Counted from the first letter of the stretch, positions 23,609 to 37,854 are shown. The stretch: DNA of 64,000 nt from Octopus sinensis (GCF_006345805.1 NC_043009.1:69812001-69876000); one strand, 5' to 3'. Notes: generated from the letters alone by a model not told the origin. Translations and numbers: made by a program.

Positions 23609-26085
23609 CGTTTGTGCGTGTGTGTGTGTATTTTATTCTGTTTTTGTTTAACCATGTCCAACTTAATAAAACTTTCTATTAGAGTGCTTCACAGCTGGAG
23701 GGCTAAGCATTTATCGTTTAGCTGTCCAGCAATGTCTGGGCAAGGCAACGAGGGAAAAAATAACCGAAAATGAAGCTCCAGATGGATTATTGCACTTTCA
23801 AACGCAGTTATCTAAATATAGAATAGATAAATGTCACTATATAAAATATTAATTTCTAAAACTGGTCTAAGCCATTAACATTATTAAAAAGATTTCAGCC
23901 AAATAATGAGTGACGCGTATTTTATGGAGCTGGAGGGAATAAACGGTAAAATCAACACTGAGACTATGATTTGATCTTGTAAGGTAAGGATATATTATTA
24001 AAAGCTGCAACATCACCAGTCATGAAAAACAATATACCGCAAATGGTTCAGTCGTCACATAGAATTATGCATGTGAGGAAGATCATATGCCAGCGAAAGG
24101 TTTACGCATTACGAAAAGTAAAGGAGATCAGGCAGAACTTGGTGGTCGCTAGACTTTGCAGCGACAACATCTACGCCTCTTTCAAATCACACACTGTCGT
24201 CGAAAATGTGAGAGAACACATTGGAAATTGTCATCCATAAAAAAAGAGACGCAACAGCCATTATTTGAGCGATTTTGATCCTAAACTCTTCTTGAGTCTC
24301 ACATGTTTATGCAAAAAGAAAACGCGTAAAGAAATTTCTACACAAAGAAATAGCTTACACATGTAAGAGAAGCATCGTACACCAAACCAGAACCAAATCT
24401 CGCAAAAGTTTCAACCATAACAGATTCCAACACTACAGAAGTCTCAATCTTGCTGGAGACGTGTTAACACGCCGGTGAAGGCTCACAGACAAGATTCTTA
24501 GATAGAACAGTGAATTTACTCTTCTCTCAGACAAAAGGGGTGGGTGGATGTATGAGTAATCAACGCAGACAAGCATTACTAATCAATATACATGCTCTCC
24601 TTCAGTCATTATTCATTAATGTCTCTGTTAGTGTTGTTAATTTGATTATTAATATTCCAACTCTAACATAACAACATCGCTATATTTCAGTTTACCTGCG
24701 AGATGCCTATAAAGTTTCCTCAGAAGTATATTCTATCGATTCCAAATGTTCCTCAGCCATTCTGTCCGTGCATAATCTATAAATTCTAGAAACTCGTTAT
24801 TCGTATGAGATAATGTCAGCAATGCATAATGTATAATGCGTAATAAGTATTTATATGTCTGTGTATATCTATGCCGCATATGTAAACCACACTCAGGCAA
24901 ACATACGTACATACATACCTATAGACACATAGAGACAAGCATATGGATCTTGTTCATAGACCGAGGTCGGCCATACAATATGCAAACTTCTTGACACCAA
25001 TTAGAAGACTGAATTACACAGCATAATTAAAATGGTAATGTGTTTATACGTATATATCAAGATGAAAAACTGTATCACCTTCTCTAAAACAAAACCCACA
25101 TCGTCAATAAAGGCATCCATTGCTGCAGGAGGAAATACAATTCTGTGTTAGTTCAGACACCTGAGCTGTTCATCAGAAATTGAAACTAACTTTTTTACAT
25201 TCAAAAGCACGTGTATACACCAGTGTGTGTGTGTGTGGGGGGTGTATTGCACTGCACGCTAGCACTTGTTGTCATATGGGAAGAGACAAAGACATCGAGG
25301 CATGCATATCGACATGTACAAAATTTATACAAAAGACCCAGGATAACAGAAGAAGACATACGACCAAGGTGACGTGGAATGGAACTGAGCTCCAAACCAT
25401 GTGTTTGCGAAGCGAATTTTTTAACCATACCGCACCTAATATACCCGCGCACACACAGGTATACACATGCATGTATACATACATACATAATACACACATA
25501 CACATATGTATATACACATATACAGATAGATACATACAATTATATATATATATATATATATACAATAAGTCCCCAAATTCTTACTTTCCCCACTATACCA
25601 ATGCTCGGACAACACCACAGACCAAACACGAATAAATAGGGAAAATAATCTTATTCAAAAATACAGACCATAACTAAACATACTCTAACATACCACCCAG
25701 GTACGCATCCAAAACAAACACACACACACAAACAGTGCCAACCTCCGACGCAAATACACATGCACAAACACAATATCCTCACACTAGAGCACAAACCCAC
25801 ACACATCCCAAGATAAAACACATACATATATACACCTGCAATAAGATTTTTAGCAACCATAACCAACACTTTCACACACATATATACACATGTGAACAAG
25901 GACATGCACACACCTACACACACCACCCCGAAATTACAAATCACATTCACACAAACACAAAAAACATGCAACTACAACACAACTCACACAAACACACACG
26001 CATTTATGCACACCTGTACACACACAATACGCCCGTATCCCATTAATAAAATCACAGACACACACATTCAAAAGAAAAAACACAT

Positions 26086-26266
26086 AGGTGCAGGAGTGGC
26101 TGTGTGGTAAGTAGCTTGCTAACCAACCACATGGTTCCGGGTTCAGTCCCACTGCGTGGCATCTTGGGCAAGAGTCTTCTGCTATAGCCCCGGGCCGACC
26201 AATGCCTTGTGAGTGGATTTGGTAGACGGAAACTGAAAGAAGCCTGTCGTATATATGTGTATATAT

Positions 26267-26315
<49 letters not shown>

Positions 26316-26502
26316 TTGTCCCCCTAGCATTGCTTCACAACCGATGCTGGTGTGTTTACGTCCCCGTCACTTAGCGGTTCAGCAAAAGAGACCGATGGAA
26401 TAAGTACTGGGCTTAAAAAGAATAGGTCCCGGGGTCGATTTGCTCGACTAAAGGCGGTGCTCCAGCATGGCCGCAGTCAAATGACTGAAACAAGTAAAAG
26501 AG
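26086..26502 (+). mobile_element. Full-length tRNA-derived SINE with CORE-like domain and internal microsatellite
   Basis: A and B boxes (TGGCTGTGTGG, GGTTCAGTCCC), CTTGGGCAAG core, internal (TA)(TG)n, 3' end GCATGGCCGCAGTCAAATGACTGAAACAAG. Confidence 0.85.
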
Positions 26503-26915
26503 ATATACTCACATTACAATCACAACAACCACAACAATCACACACACGGTTGATCACACACACACACCACAAGGACAATTAAAACAAGCATTCACAAACA
26601 AACATACACTCATATACATACACATAACACCCCCACCAACACAAAAAACACACAAACATACAGACGCACACATACACACACGCGAACAAACACATAAACA
26701 CACACATGCGCACACACAACACTATAACAAATACCAATCACACACATAACTACACACACAACACCAAGACAATCATAACAACACAAACATACTAAGACAG
26801 AGATACACACACACACAAACGTGCACACATATACACACACCATCCTACCAAATAGTAAACACACATAGACACATTTACATGGGACCAATCAAAAACGGCC
26901 TACATACACAAACAC

Positions 26916-26954
<39 letters not shown>

Positions 26955-27984
26955 CACACACACTCACACCATTCTGACCTCTAAAGATCGATCCCCAAAA
27001 CCACTGAACCTTGAAAGAGGAACAAAAACTTCTTTTCAATTCCACATTGCTCTTCCTTCGCCCCACCAAAACACACCTCCTACACTGTCCCTTGAAATAG
27101 AAAACAGTCTTTTATGATAAAATGTATAAATACACTTTTATCCCACATCTCTCTTGCGTTTACAAGGATTTAGGCAGCGGAAATACTTAAGAGTGAATCT
27201 AGTGCCACCTAGTGATTGTAATTTTAAAAGCCCATAACTCCGAAACAGCTTCAACTAGAAAGCTAAAATTTCAGATACACTATTTTTGCATTGCATTGCG
27301 TCAGCACACCAAGTTTGGTAAAATCTTGAGCAGGCGTTATAAAACCCTAAATGGTAATCGAAGACTAATGCGGATCTCTAGCTCCAGCCTCAGTCGTGAA
27401 CTCTGGACCTAACGGTTGACCAATTATAGTTCTTACTCAGCATGGCTATTCATTTAGATCACCAGTGAACTAAACCACTTTATATAAATACATATACATA
27501 CATGTGTGTGTGTGTATATATATATATACATATATACATACATTGATATATATATATATACATATATACATACACTGATATATATATGCATATATACATA
27601 CACTGATATATATACATATATACATACATATATATACATACATGTATTACTTTTATATTTATATTCGTGTATCATCGTCCGTTTTTGCGTCCTTGTTTCA
27701 CATATATTCGAAGCTTTTTTTCCAAGGAATCTAATGCTCTTAGCTTATTTTTTCCTTTGGGCTGGCCAGATTGGACCAATCTCAAGATTAATCAGCCGAA
27801 ATTGCGAGGATGATCCGGTTCTTGACTGAAGATTAAAGGCTTCGGATGACCCGTCCGTGTTTTTTGTATCGTCTATCTGGACGTTTTGCGTTCTTGTCCC
27901 ATTTTGTATTTTATATATATATATATATATACATGCATACACAAACATACATACATATACATATATATATATGTACATACACAC

Positions 27985-28031
<47 letters not shown>

Positions 28032-28320
28032 GTATATGTATGTATGAATGTATATATATATTTGTTTAGAAAGTGAAATGTTATGGCTGGTCTTAGAGTG
28101 ACCATTGGTTTCGCACCTCTGAAGTGCTTATTAGTATAGGCGAATCGACAAACTCAAATGGTTGCAGGCACATTACCTCTCTACAACTGGGGGAAGAAAT
28201 ATATAACCAAATGATCGTTACGTTAAACAAATATATTACTTCTCTAATGCTTTACAGTGTGTTTCTTTTGCCGATATATGAACCTACTGACGATTTATAT
28301 AAATATATGTGTGTGTATGC

Positions 28321-28381
<61 letters not shown>

Positions 28382-28684
28382 GAAATAAGATACACAGAAA
28401 TCTGTATGGTTTTACATTTACAGATTTTTATTAACATGTCACATGTTTTTATAAATCCTAGCGCTTGCATCTACTCTAGTAGAATCTCTAATGTAAAGCC
28501 ATCTAGATTTCTGAGTATCTTATTTCTTCTAATATATAATACCTGTACATCACCTCCAAACCTTCATATATATATAATTATTACCGTTGAAGATTTTTAT
28601 TCCCATGCTGGCCACTTGATAAGATCGATATTTAATTTAAATTAACGATCTTATCCTTATTTATATAAATTTTATATTTATATA

Positions 28685-28783
<99 letters not shown>

Positions 28784-29524
28784 TGTGAGAGTATGCATGT
28801 AAATGCACAGTAAATTATAAAAATGTGTTTAAATTATTTCTTTTCATCCAACTTACTTTCTTCCTTTTACAATAGAAATTATTGCTAATGTAACCTGGTC
28901 TCCATGTCATTGATAATTACTTATCTCTATAAACTAATATTAAATGAGTCGCCTTTACTCAAACTTAAACGGCCACCATTTTAAGCTCGTTGTTGTCTCA
29001 TTGAATTCTGTCAATTGCTATGGTGAACAAGTAGCTTCAAAATTGTTTTGATCCTATTAAAAGCAGCGAAAGAGATTAGCACAGTTTAATTTCGTATTAA
29101 AAGACTCGCAGCAAAAATAAATGCCTTGAAGTCTTTAACAGTGTAAAATCAAATGTTGACTAATGAGACTATTTGTTTTGAGGTAGCTGCATTAAAGGCC
29201 AGCCAGTGGAAATACTTGTTACAGATGGATGTCGAAAAACATTACATTTGAATAAGGCATAATTCCGATTCTACCGAAATTATATGGTCGAATTTGCAGA
29301 GAGATTTTCACTAATCAACCAAAGACAATCAACGATGATAACTTGGTTATATAGTCTATAGAATATAATACTGTAGTCTAACGATCGCAAATAATGGCCT
29401 CCACAATCATGTCTCAAACCTTCATAGGAACGTAGACACACGCTTCATATTTTAGGCAAATTATGTCTTTCAAAACCTCTGTGAAGTCCCAATGAAAACC
29501 ATAAACTGCTCAAACACAACACAT

Positions 29525-29680
29525 GTTTTTCTCTCCTTATTTTTTCTGTGTCCCTTTCTGTAGAAGAGCGTAGGCTCGAAACGTAAAAGACTTTTTTCTA
29601 TTCCTGAGCGTTATACTAATACATATGTTTGTTTTGTACACCACCTGTCTTTGTCTTTTTCGTAAACTCTCCCTGTATGT
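29525..29680 (+). mobile_element. Penelope-type terminal module with hammerhead-like motif (U6 variant), copy 2
   Basis: CUUU-CUGUAGAA-GAGC-GUAG-GCUC-GAAA-CGUA-AAAG at 29554-29589; best-preserved copy. Confidence 0.7.
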
Positions 29681-29829
29681 GTGTATATATATATGATTGC
29701 TATGGTTAGTCAGAGACCATTGGTTTCGCATCTATAAAGCGCTTTCTACAAGTGGAGGCATGATACGGTTAGTGAGTTTTCCACACAAAAATTATCTGGA
29801 ATGGACAAAGTAGTTTTAAAGGGAATAAA

Positions 29830-30415
29830 ATCAAAAAAGTAAACATGTATTGATTATGAGAAAGCCTATGACATGATTCCTCACACATGAATGAGGGAAT
29901 TCTTGAGAATATTCAGTATTGTAGACAACATGAGAGAATTAATTAGCTTTAGTATAAAGAAATGGACAAAAGATGTCTACTCAGATGATACAGCCTTAGA
30001 AAAATTTAAGAACAAGAAAAACATTTCCAGGAAAACTCATTAACCCTTTAATAGTTGAGCTATGTTTAATCCTTCTCGATTTGCAATTAAGAAAGGTGAA
30101 ATCAGGGTACCCTGACTTCACCTTTCTTAATTGCAAATCGATACCAAGAAACCCTAAAATGGCAGAAATTCAAAAGATAGTGCTCATGAGAACAGCCCAT
30201 ATCCTATATAAAATACTGTCTATGTAATCTTAAATTTTAAAACAAACACAAAATTATCTTATGTTCTCTTGAACATTCTCTAGAATAATACTCTGTCCAA
30301 AACCAAATATATGACACCCTAGGCATAACACCAACATGAACTTCCAACTTGTCTCTTGAGGTCTCTGGGTGAGACTTGGAGATAACTTCTTCAAATACAA
30401 AGCAAAAGCCAAACA
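29830..30415 (+). mobile_element. R4/Dong-like element A: RT fragment, fold-back, C-terminus and 3' UTR
   Basis: IDYEKAYDMIPH...LRKVKSGY, then KMAEIQKIVLMRTAHILYKILSM*, UTR and (TAA)n at 30417-30480. Confidence 0.75.
30076..30141. repeat. 66-bp zero-spacer palindrome
   Basis: 30076-30108 pairs with 30109-30141 with a single A/C mismatch (30101/30116). Confidence 0.95.
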
Positions 30416-30480
<65 letters not shown>

Positions 30481-30482
<2 letters not shown>

Positions 30483-30783
30483 GAGGTAACTAGAAATAGA
30501 GGTAACTAGAATGTGGAATCTGAAAACAGAAACAATTCCTATCATAGTAGGTGCATTAGGCAAGATAAAAAAAAAAATTCAGACAAATACATAACAAAAA
30601 CACCAGGACTTACAAACATATATAACATACAGAAAATTGCACTACTAGGCACTGCACACATCCTACGCAGAACACTTTCCATACTATAACCATCAGAGCA
30701 TCACAACAAATCACAGCACATACCCAAGGCACACAGAGCTGCGCTCGGTAGTGAAGTGAAAGCACGCTATAAAAATAAAACTA

Positions 30784-30788
<5 letters not shown>
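30481..30788 (+). mobile_element. R4/Dong-like element B, 5'-truncated 3' end
   Basis: LEIEVTRMWNLKTETIPIIVGALG...IQKIALLGTAHILRRTLSI; very similar to 32970-33262; followed by (TAA)n. Confidence 0.9.
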
Positions 30789-30842
<54 letters not shown>

Positions 30843-30844
<2 letters not shown>

Positions 30845-33259
30845 GAAATAATAACAACCAAAGAAAAGGACTATTAAAACAACAAACTTAGGGCCTGAGC
30901 AACTCTGGACCCCCATAACAACTAAAGGGTCCCCCAGGCACTGCAAAGACTAAGCAACTGGAAGGTCCCTGGGCACGATAAGATTCCCAACTTCTGGTTG
31001 AAATATGTGACAGGAATGCACAAAAAGCTGGCTGAAAGCTCTAACGACATACTGGCAGAGCCAGAGACAATGCCTGAATGGCTCACGAAGGGGAAAAAAC
31101 CATCTTAATTCCCAAATCCAATGAAACGGCAAAACCACAAAACTACAGACCTATAACCTGTCTTCCTACAATGTACAAAGCTCTTACTGCAAAGATTGAA
31201 CAAGCACCTGGACGAAGACAAACTGTTTCCAGAAGAGCAGAAAGGATGCTGCAAGGGCTCATATGGCTGTAAAGATCAACTAATGATCAATAAATCCGTA
31301 ACTGAAGACAGCCACAGAAAGAAGAAAGGCCTCAGTATGGCCTGGATCGACTACCGAAAGGCGTTTGATAGCATTCCCCACACGTGGATCCTCGAAACAC
31401 TAGCCATTAGCAAGGTAGCACCAACAATTATAAAATACTTAAGACACTCTATGAAGACAATGCTACAGCTCCAAACAAAAGAGGGACTCGTAAAAGCCAA
31501 AGATATCCCTATTAGAAAAGGAATATTCCAGGGAGACACGCTCTCTCAACTCTTTTTCTGCTTGGCACTGACACCTCTATCTGATATGCTAAACAGAACT
31601 GGATGCGGATACAAATGTTAAGGCAAAACGATCAGCCATCTTTTATATATGGATGAACTAAACCTATACCCTACAAATGACAAACAGCTGGAAACACTAC
31701 TACAGACAGTTCATGGATTTACCAAAGAAATAGATATGAAATTTGGATTAGAAAAAATGCGCCAAAGTAACCTGAAAAGAGGGAAACTAGTTAAGAGTAG
31801 CAACATCACACTAGATAAAGTCACTGAAATAAGAGAATTAGACCAAAGCCAAACTTACAAATATTTAGGAATCCATGAAGTAGATAAGATACAACACACA
31901 CAAATGAAAGAGAAAATAAAGAAAGAATACTATAGACGAGTGAGATCAATACTAAAAACAGGGCTCAATGCTAAAAACAAGATAATAGGTATTAACACTT
32001 TAGCCTTCACAGTTATAAGTTACAGCTACAATATTCTTGACTTGACACTAAATGAACTAAGTAAAATAGATAGGAAAACAAGAAAAATAATGACAGGATC
32101 TAGGATGCATCACCCAAAATCTGACACAGAAAGGATATATATACAACGTATAGAAGGTGGCAGAGGCCTTATACAGCTGGAAAACTATTATAAAATAACC
32201 ACCATAGGACTGCAAAAATATCTACTTCAGAAGCAAAACACGAGCAAAACAAAAACTGTTCTCAGTATTTAAAGAAGCTGACAAATACAAACAAGAAATC
32301 ATACCACCTAACAAATATGAAGAAGAAGAAGAAGAAAAGCTATAAAGCAAATGAAATCAAAACTAAAACAAAAACAGCAACAGACCATGGTAAAACGATG
32401 GCAAGAAAAGCCCCTTCATGGTAAATACTGGGCTAAACTATATGCAAAAGAAATAGACAAAGAAAAATCCCAGCAATGGTTGAGAAGGACAGGACTTAAA
32501 GCAGAGACGGAGTGATTTTTAATTGCAGCACAAGACCAAAGCCTCCCCACCAGAAATTACTAAAAACATGTAATGAAAAGAAATATAACAAGTAACTGCA
32601 GAATATGTGGAGATTGACAAGAAACAATAAATCATATTATCTCTGGCTGTCCAGTCGTGGCTAAGAAGGAATATATTCACAGACAGGACAGAGTTGGGAC
32701 CTACATACACTGGAAGCTATGCCAACATTATGAAATAACAACAGAAAAAGGATGGTACAGGCACACACCAGAAAAGGTCACAGAAAATGAGAAAGTAACC
32801 ATACTCTGATATATGCCAATACACACAGATAGAGAAATTAAGGCCAACAGGCCAGATATAGTTGTCAGAGATCATGAAGAAAAAAATGCTTTCTAATTGA
32901 TGTATCAATACCAGCAGATGACAACGAGTCTCTAAAAGATATGAAGAAACTTTCAAAATACAAAGACCTGGAAATAGAGGTAACTCGAATAGGAAATCTA
33001 AAAACAGAAACAATTCCTATCATAGTAGGTGCATTAGGTATGATAACAAAATATTCAGACAAATACATAACAGAAACACCAGGAATTACAAACACATATA
33101 ACATACAGAAAATTGCACTACTAGGCACTGCACACATCCTACGCAGAACACTTTCCATACAATAACCATCAGAGCATCACAACAAATCACAACACATACC
33201 CAAGGCACACAGAGCTGCGCTCGGTAGTGAAGTGAAAGCACCCTATAAAAATAAAGTTA

Positions 33260-33262
<3 letters not shown>
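30843..33262 (+). mobile_element. R4/Dong-like non-LTR retrotransposon, about 2.4 kb, RT plus CCHC zinc finger plus restriction-like endonuclease, decayed
   Basis: NYRPITCLPTMYK, EEQKGC, AWIDYRKAFDSIPH, GIFQGDTLS, YMDE, YKYLGI, GGRGLI, CRICG...HIISGCP, NRPDIVV, IPIIVGALG; many stops and frameshifts; (TAA)n on both sides. Confidence 0.95.
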
Positions 33263-33320
<58 letters not shown>

Positions 33321-33321
<1 letters not shown>

Positions 33322-33935
33322 GCAAAGCCCGAAATTGGCATAACGCGTATACAAAAGACGCCATGACAATTTTTGAAAGAATGATCCATTGAGAGCTCTG
33401 TGGAAAATGGGCCTACAAAGAGTAAAGACGTGGCATGAGCAAACTCCAGAAGGAGTCACCGAAAATGAGAATTGCTAAATCCTGTGGGATGCAATGATCC
33501 AGTGCAATCACCCAACCAGACACTGGAAACCGGACATTGTTGTGGGGAATAAAAAAGAAAGAACATGTATAATAATCGACATAGCTTGCCCGGGTGACAA
33601 CAGAATCAGTGTGAAAAAATAAAAAATAAACAACTATGACGATTTGAAGTGAGAAATACGAAGGTTGTGGTCAATGAAGAGAGAAGACATGATACCAATG
33701 GTAATTGGTGCACTTGGAAGTATCAGCACTCAGCTACCAACATGGGTGAAAAAGATCGGTGCCAAAGTGAAAGCAGAACGCCTAGAAAGATCCGTATTGC
33801 TTGTAACTATAAGAATTCTTCGCAGGGTTCTTGAAGCATGACCAGTCAAGAAGTGTGACCTTAATCTGCTGGCTGTGGACAGCTGACACTTTCCATCATA
33901 CCCAGCAAAATAAGCTGGGAGTTTTCATAAAATAA
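33321..33935 (+). mobile_element. R4/Dong-like element C, 3' fragment of a different subfamily
   Basis: WHEQTPEGVTENEN..ILWDAMIQC...KPDIVV..KKERTCIIIDIACPGD...MVIGALGS...RILRRVLEA*. Confidence 0.85.
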
Positions 33936-33959
33936 TAATCCTTCCTGCTAAAGGCACAA

Positions 33960-34085
33960 AACATGAAATGTTGGGGAGAGAGTTTGTCGATCACATCGAC
34001 AACGGTGCTCAACTGCCATTAATTTCATAGACTCTGAAAAAAAGCAAAATTGACCTCCGCGGAATAATGTCTTGCATTGAGTCTG
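33960..34085 (-). mobile_element. Degenerate SINE fragment
   Basis: Minus strand GAGGTCAATTTTGC...CAGTTGAGCAC...GTCGATGTGATCGAC resembles the 47861 family. Confidence 0.5.
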
Positions 34086-35810
34086 TATAACAAAACTGTA
34101 GAGAAGTTGTACGCAGGGAATGGAATAAAAAAACACACACCCCTGTATACCCTTTTCTTTATGATTTCCAGTGTACCCATACCAAAAAACCCCCCACAGT
34201 ATTTGAACTCAGAGCATAAAACTACCATTGAATACTTTTTCAAATGAAATCGTCTAAAAGGACGTAGAAAACTGAAACAATTTAAACACAACCATATTTA
34301 ATGAAATTAGAACTTCTCCGAATTACAAGCCGATCAGTGCCAACACAAATATTAGGTTCCTTCCAAAGTTAAATTATTCCTTCCATGACTGTTTGTTGTT
34401 AACATACTTCATTATTGATTTCTATATATATTTTCATTTCAATATGTCGCCAAGCTACACGTAGTAGAAGCGCAGGGAATAATTTCCCTGCCTTCCGTTC
34501 GTCGTAATATTTCAGCATTGAAAAGCTTAAGGTTAAACATTCTAATAATCTCAAACAGTTATTCTTTTCTATTTCTTTATGCAGACAAGTCTGTTGCTAG
34601 TAAAACTAATTGTGTTTAGTGTCGCCTACGTCTATTGATTTATGTCTTATCGTAGGAATAATCATCCAACATGTTATTTATTTATTTGTACAATCATTTT
34701 TGATGGTTTTTCAAAACACCAGGATATATTTTCGATTCGATATCTGAAACGAGAATTCTCAGAATGTACAGTTCTAACATGACTTTATTTTTTATTTTTA
34801 TTCCATTTCCTTCGAAGGAAATTCTAACGATTGCCGATAGAAACTTTAAGCGCTTGAAATATCTTGTATATCAACGTTTAAAATTGTTAGGTCAAGTAAC
34901 GCGGTCGAGCAGCATATCTAGTTAAAACGTCCTCTAGAGTCCTCTACTATTTCCTTGAATTAGAAAATACGATGCAAGCATTTGCAGCGATTGCATTTCG
35001 AGTAAATGGAAGCAGAGGAAAGCAAAATTCTGAGAGACTAAATCTTATAAAAATTCTTCACATAAAAAGAAGAAAATCATTAAAAATCCTTCATCGTATT
35101 TACAACATTAATAATCTCCTTTATAGAACAATTCCATTTTGGAGCAAATAGGACACCCAGTAACTGACTGACATTTGCAACGACCTCGTTTTAGGATCGC
35201 GTTCACTGTATGGCACCTTGGGTTAGTGTTGTCGGCTACAGCTTTGGGTTGAACAATGCCTTGTAAATGGAATTTGCTAGATGTAAATCTGTCGTGTGTG
35301 TGAGGCAGAGAGAGAGAGAGAGAGAAAGAGAGTGTGTGTGTGTGTGTGGGGGGGGGATTATGAGTGTGTGCCTGTTTGTCTATACACACAGTCATCTACT
35401 GGCGTTCTATTGATGAGAAACTTGAATATTCACTACCTGTATTGAATCCTTTCCTAGGTAAATATTTCTTGTAAATTATCTCCTCGCCCTCCATCTCGCA
35501 CAGACATTTATAGATTAACTCAGCTCCCCGTTACGTAAAGTTCCTTTGATATAGAAGGGCATCAACATCCTCCCATACTCGTAACTTACGTAAGAAGAAT
35601 TTAAAGGCGGTTTTTAATTGAGAATGTCTGAGCGGTCTTTGCCGCTGATTGACTACAGTGAGATTAATTCTCTTTTATGTATATCTGACCAACGTGGGTC
35701 ATCTTCACGAGGCTAAAGTGGCGCCGTTCTGGCATGTCACCTGACGCCAACACGTAGAACGCCAGTCGCAGATGTTGCCGAAACCTCAAATCTTACAGGC
35801 TGCCGATTAC

Positions 35811-35833
35811 CTGATGCCCATCGAATATCTCGC
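35811..35833 (-). CDS. Putative 23-nt exon of an unidentified spliced transcript
   Basis: Acceptor TGTTTCTCTCTAG, donor CAG|GTAATC; continues the open frame of the 37855-37994 exon (GEIFDGHQ). Confidence 0.45.
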
Positions 35834-36137
35834 CTAGAGAGAAACATACATATATATTTGCGGGTATCGATTTTTTTATTGAACTTTTCAAGTCACCAGT
35901 ACTAATCAATTGCGGATCAGATATTAGAAACCATTTTTCATTCCGTAGCACTAAGGATAAAATCGAAATTCTGCGACTACGAATCTCTAAGAAATGCGAA
36001 GCTGAGTCAGTCATTATTAAATACAAGGATAACCGTGCTGGCTGGCTGGCTGGCTAGACAGACAGACAGACAGACACACGCACACACACACATACATACA
36101 TACATACATACATACATTCATGCGTACGTATATATCA

Positions 36138-36290
36138 GGGGGCACGGCCTAGTGACCAGGGTGTTGCACTCGCGATCGTTCCTTTCATGTTACTCTAGTT
36201 CACTCAGTTGCGAGTGAGTAACCCTGCGACGGGCTAGTCCTCCGGTCAGTGGACTGGGGATCCGCTCGCCTGGTCAGCGATGTATAATTA
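36138..36290 (+). mobile_element. Deleted or diverged SINE of the 17799 family
   Basis: GGGGGCACGGCCTAGTG head and CCCTGCGACGGGCTAGTCC motif. Confidence 0.45.
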
Positions 36291-37629
36291 CATCTGATAG
36301 TTTGGTTGATCATGTGATCACTTGGTATACGTGCATATATGTGTATGTATATACGCATGTGTGTGTGCGTGTGTGTGTAGGCCTGCATGTTCGTGCATGT
36401 AAAATATTGGATTGCGTTCACTCTTTGACAAACTCGCGCAGACGCTGTCTACAGCTGTATCCACTCCTCTCACATATTTACAATCCATCCAGACATCATT
36501 CTACCCACTTCTTTTACAGGTTCCATGTACCTCATGCTTGATAGTTATTTTCCTTTTGAAAATTCAGTTGTTTTCCCACAAAGAAACATCTATTCCATGC
36601 TGCCCGCTTCCATAACTTAATCAAAATACTTTAATAAATATCTCACACGTCAACCTTGCCAAGTCCTCCAAGTTTCCATCGCTGCTTCATCATTCATTGT
36701 ATTCTCTTTTTCGTCCACAATAATTTCAGTTATCTTTTCCAGCAACACATTTCCAATACATTAAATTCTCTTCGAACTTGTTTGTTAATTGTGCAACTTT
36801 TACATGCTTATCTTATTGATTGGATTTAGCTTTGATTTTAACAATCTCACCTTTGGTCTTTGAAACATTTTTATTCTGCATAATTTTCTGAACTTCCATC
36901 GCGGAAGCCTCTTTTCGTTTAATTTCACTTTAGCTTTTCCGCGTCTCGCAAATCTTTGATCCAAAGAATAACTAATCCACTATATATAAGCCTGTGTCTG
37001 TGTTTGTCTATATGCGGGTGCGCACACACACACAGACATACACACACGCAAACACATGCACACACGCAAACAAACACACACAACACACATAGACGCACGC
37101 TCACACACAGGAATATATGTCATGTGTATTAATGTTTGTATATATATATGAAAGATTGATAGGAAGAGACAGCGAGAGGGAGAGAATTGATTAGGGAATA
37201 TCATTTCAACTGGAAACCAACGAGATTTATGACCGATGAAAAAGAGAAATTATATTGATTTCTAGCAACAACACATTGACCAACCCCGCCATAACGATTA
37301 CTATAACCACCACCAGTCACTAGCAAAACCACAGCCGCCATCGTGATTATTAACACATCAATAACAACAAAAAACATTTTCTTACATCTTGTCACGTAGG
37401 TCTAATATGAGCTCATTTCTTGTGATTATTCTCTTTCGCTGACCATAAACGCCGCTGCCGCCGCCCGCTCTTATTGTCTCTACCTTTTGTTGATGCTGTT
37501 GTTTGTGACTTTTTTTAAGGTTTTATTAGGTATCAGAGATGATCAATAACTTTGGTAGGAGTCTTCCCATTTCGTTTTTTTTACGACAGTTCGCTGGTCA
37601 CTGTGTCGCGTCTGACACACAGCGCTTAC

Positions 37630-37644
37630 CTGTGGCTCTACAGA
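37630..37644 (-). CDS. Putative 15-nt frame-preserving microexon
   Basis: Acceptor GTTTTCCCCCGCAG, exon TCTGTAGAGCCACAG, donor CAG|GTAAGC. Confidence 0.5.
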
Positions 37645-37854
37645 CTGCGGGGGAAAACGTTTTTGCAGGCTACGTAAACCGAGTGTAATCAACGAGCCTT
37701 AATTCCTTAGTGAAATTCTTTAAGGACTTGTTACTCTGTTCATGTGAAGCCATGACATACAGTGAACTGTGCAAAGATAAGTCAACCATAAATGGGCAGG
37801 CGTCACCAGCCAGAAAGACGAGGCACACTATAATCCCCATTCATATCGGCTTAC

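Noticed and set aside
24696-24790. Minus-strand exon candidate with CAG|GTAAAC donor
   Set aside because: Stops in all three frames and ambiguous acceptors; no independent support.
25600-26880. Long degenerate CA-rich sequence around the SINE
   Set aside because: It looks like decayed microsatellite or poorly polished consensus; there is no periodic or coding structure.
27770-27850. GCCGAAA and CTGAAGA as another hammerhead
   Set aside because: Stem II cannot be formed next to the core in either permutation; at most a degraded relic.
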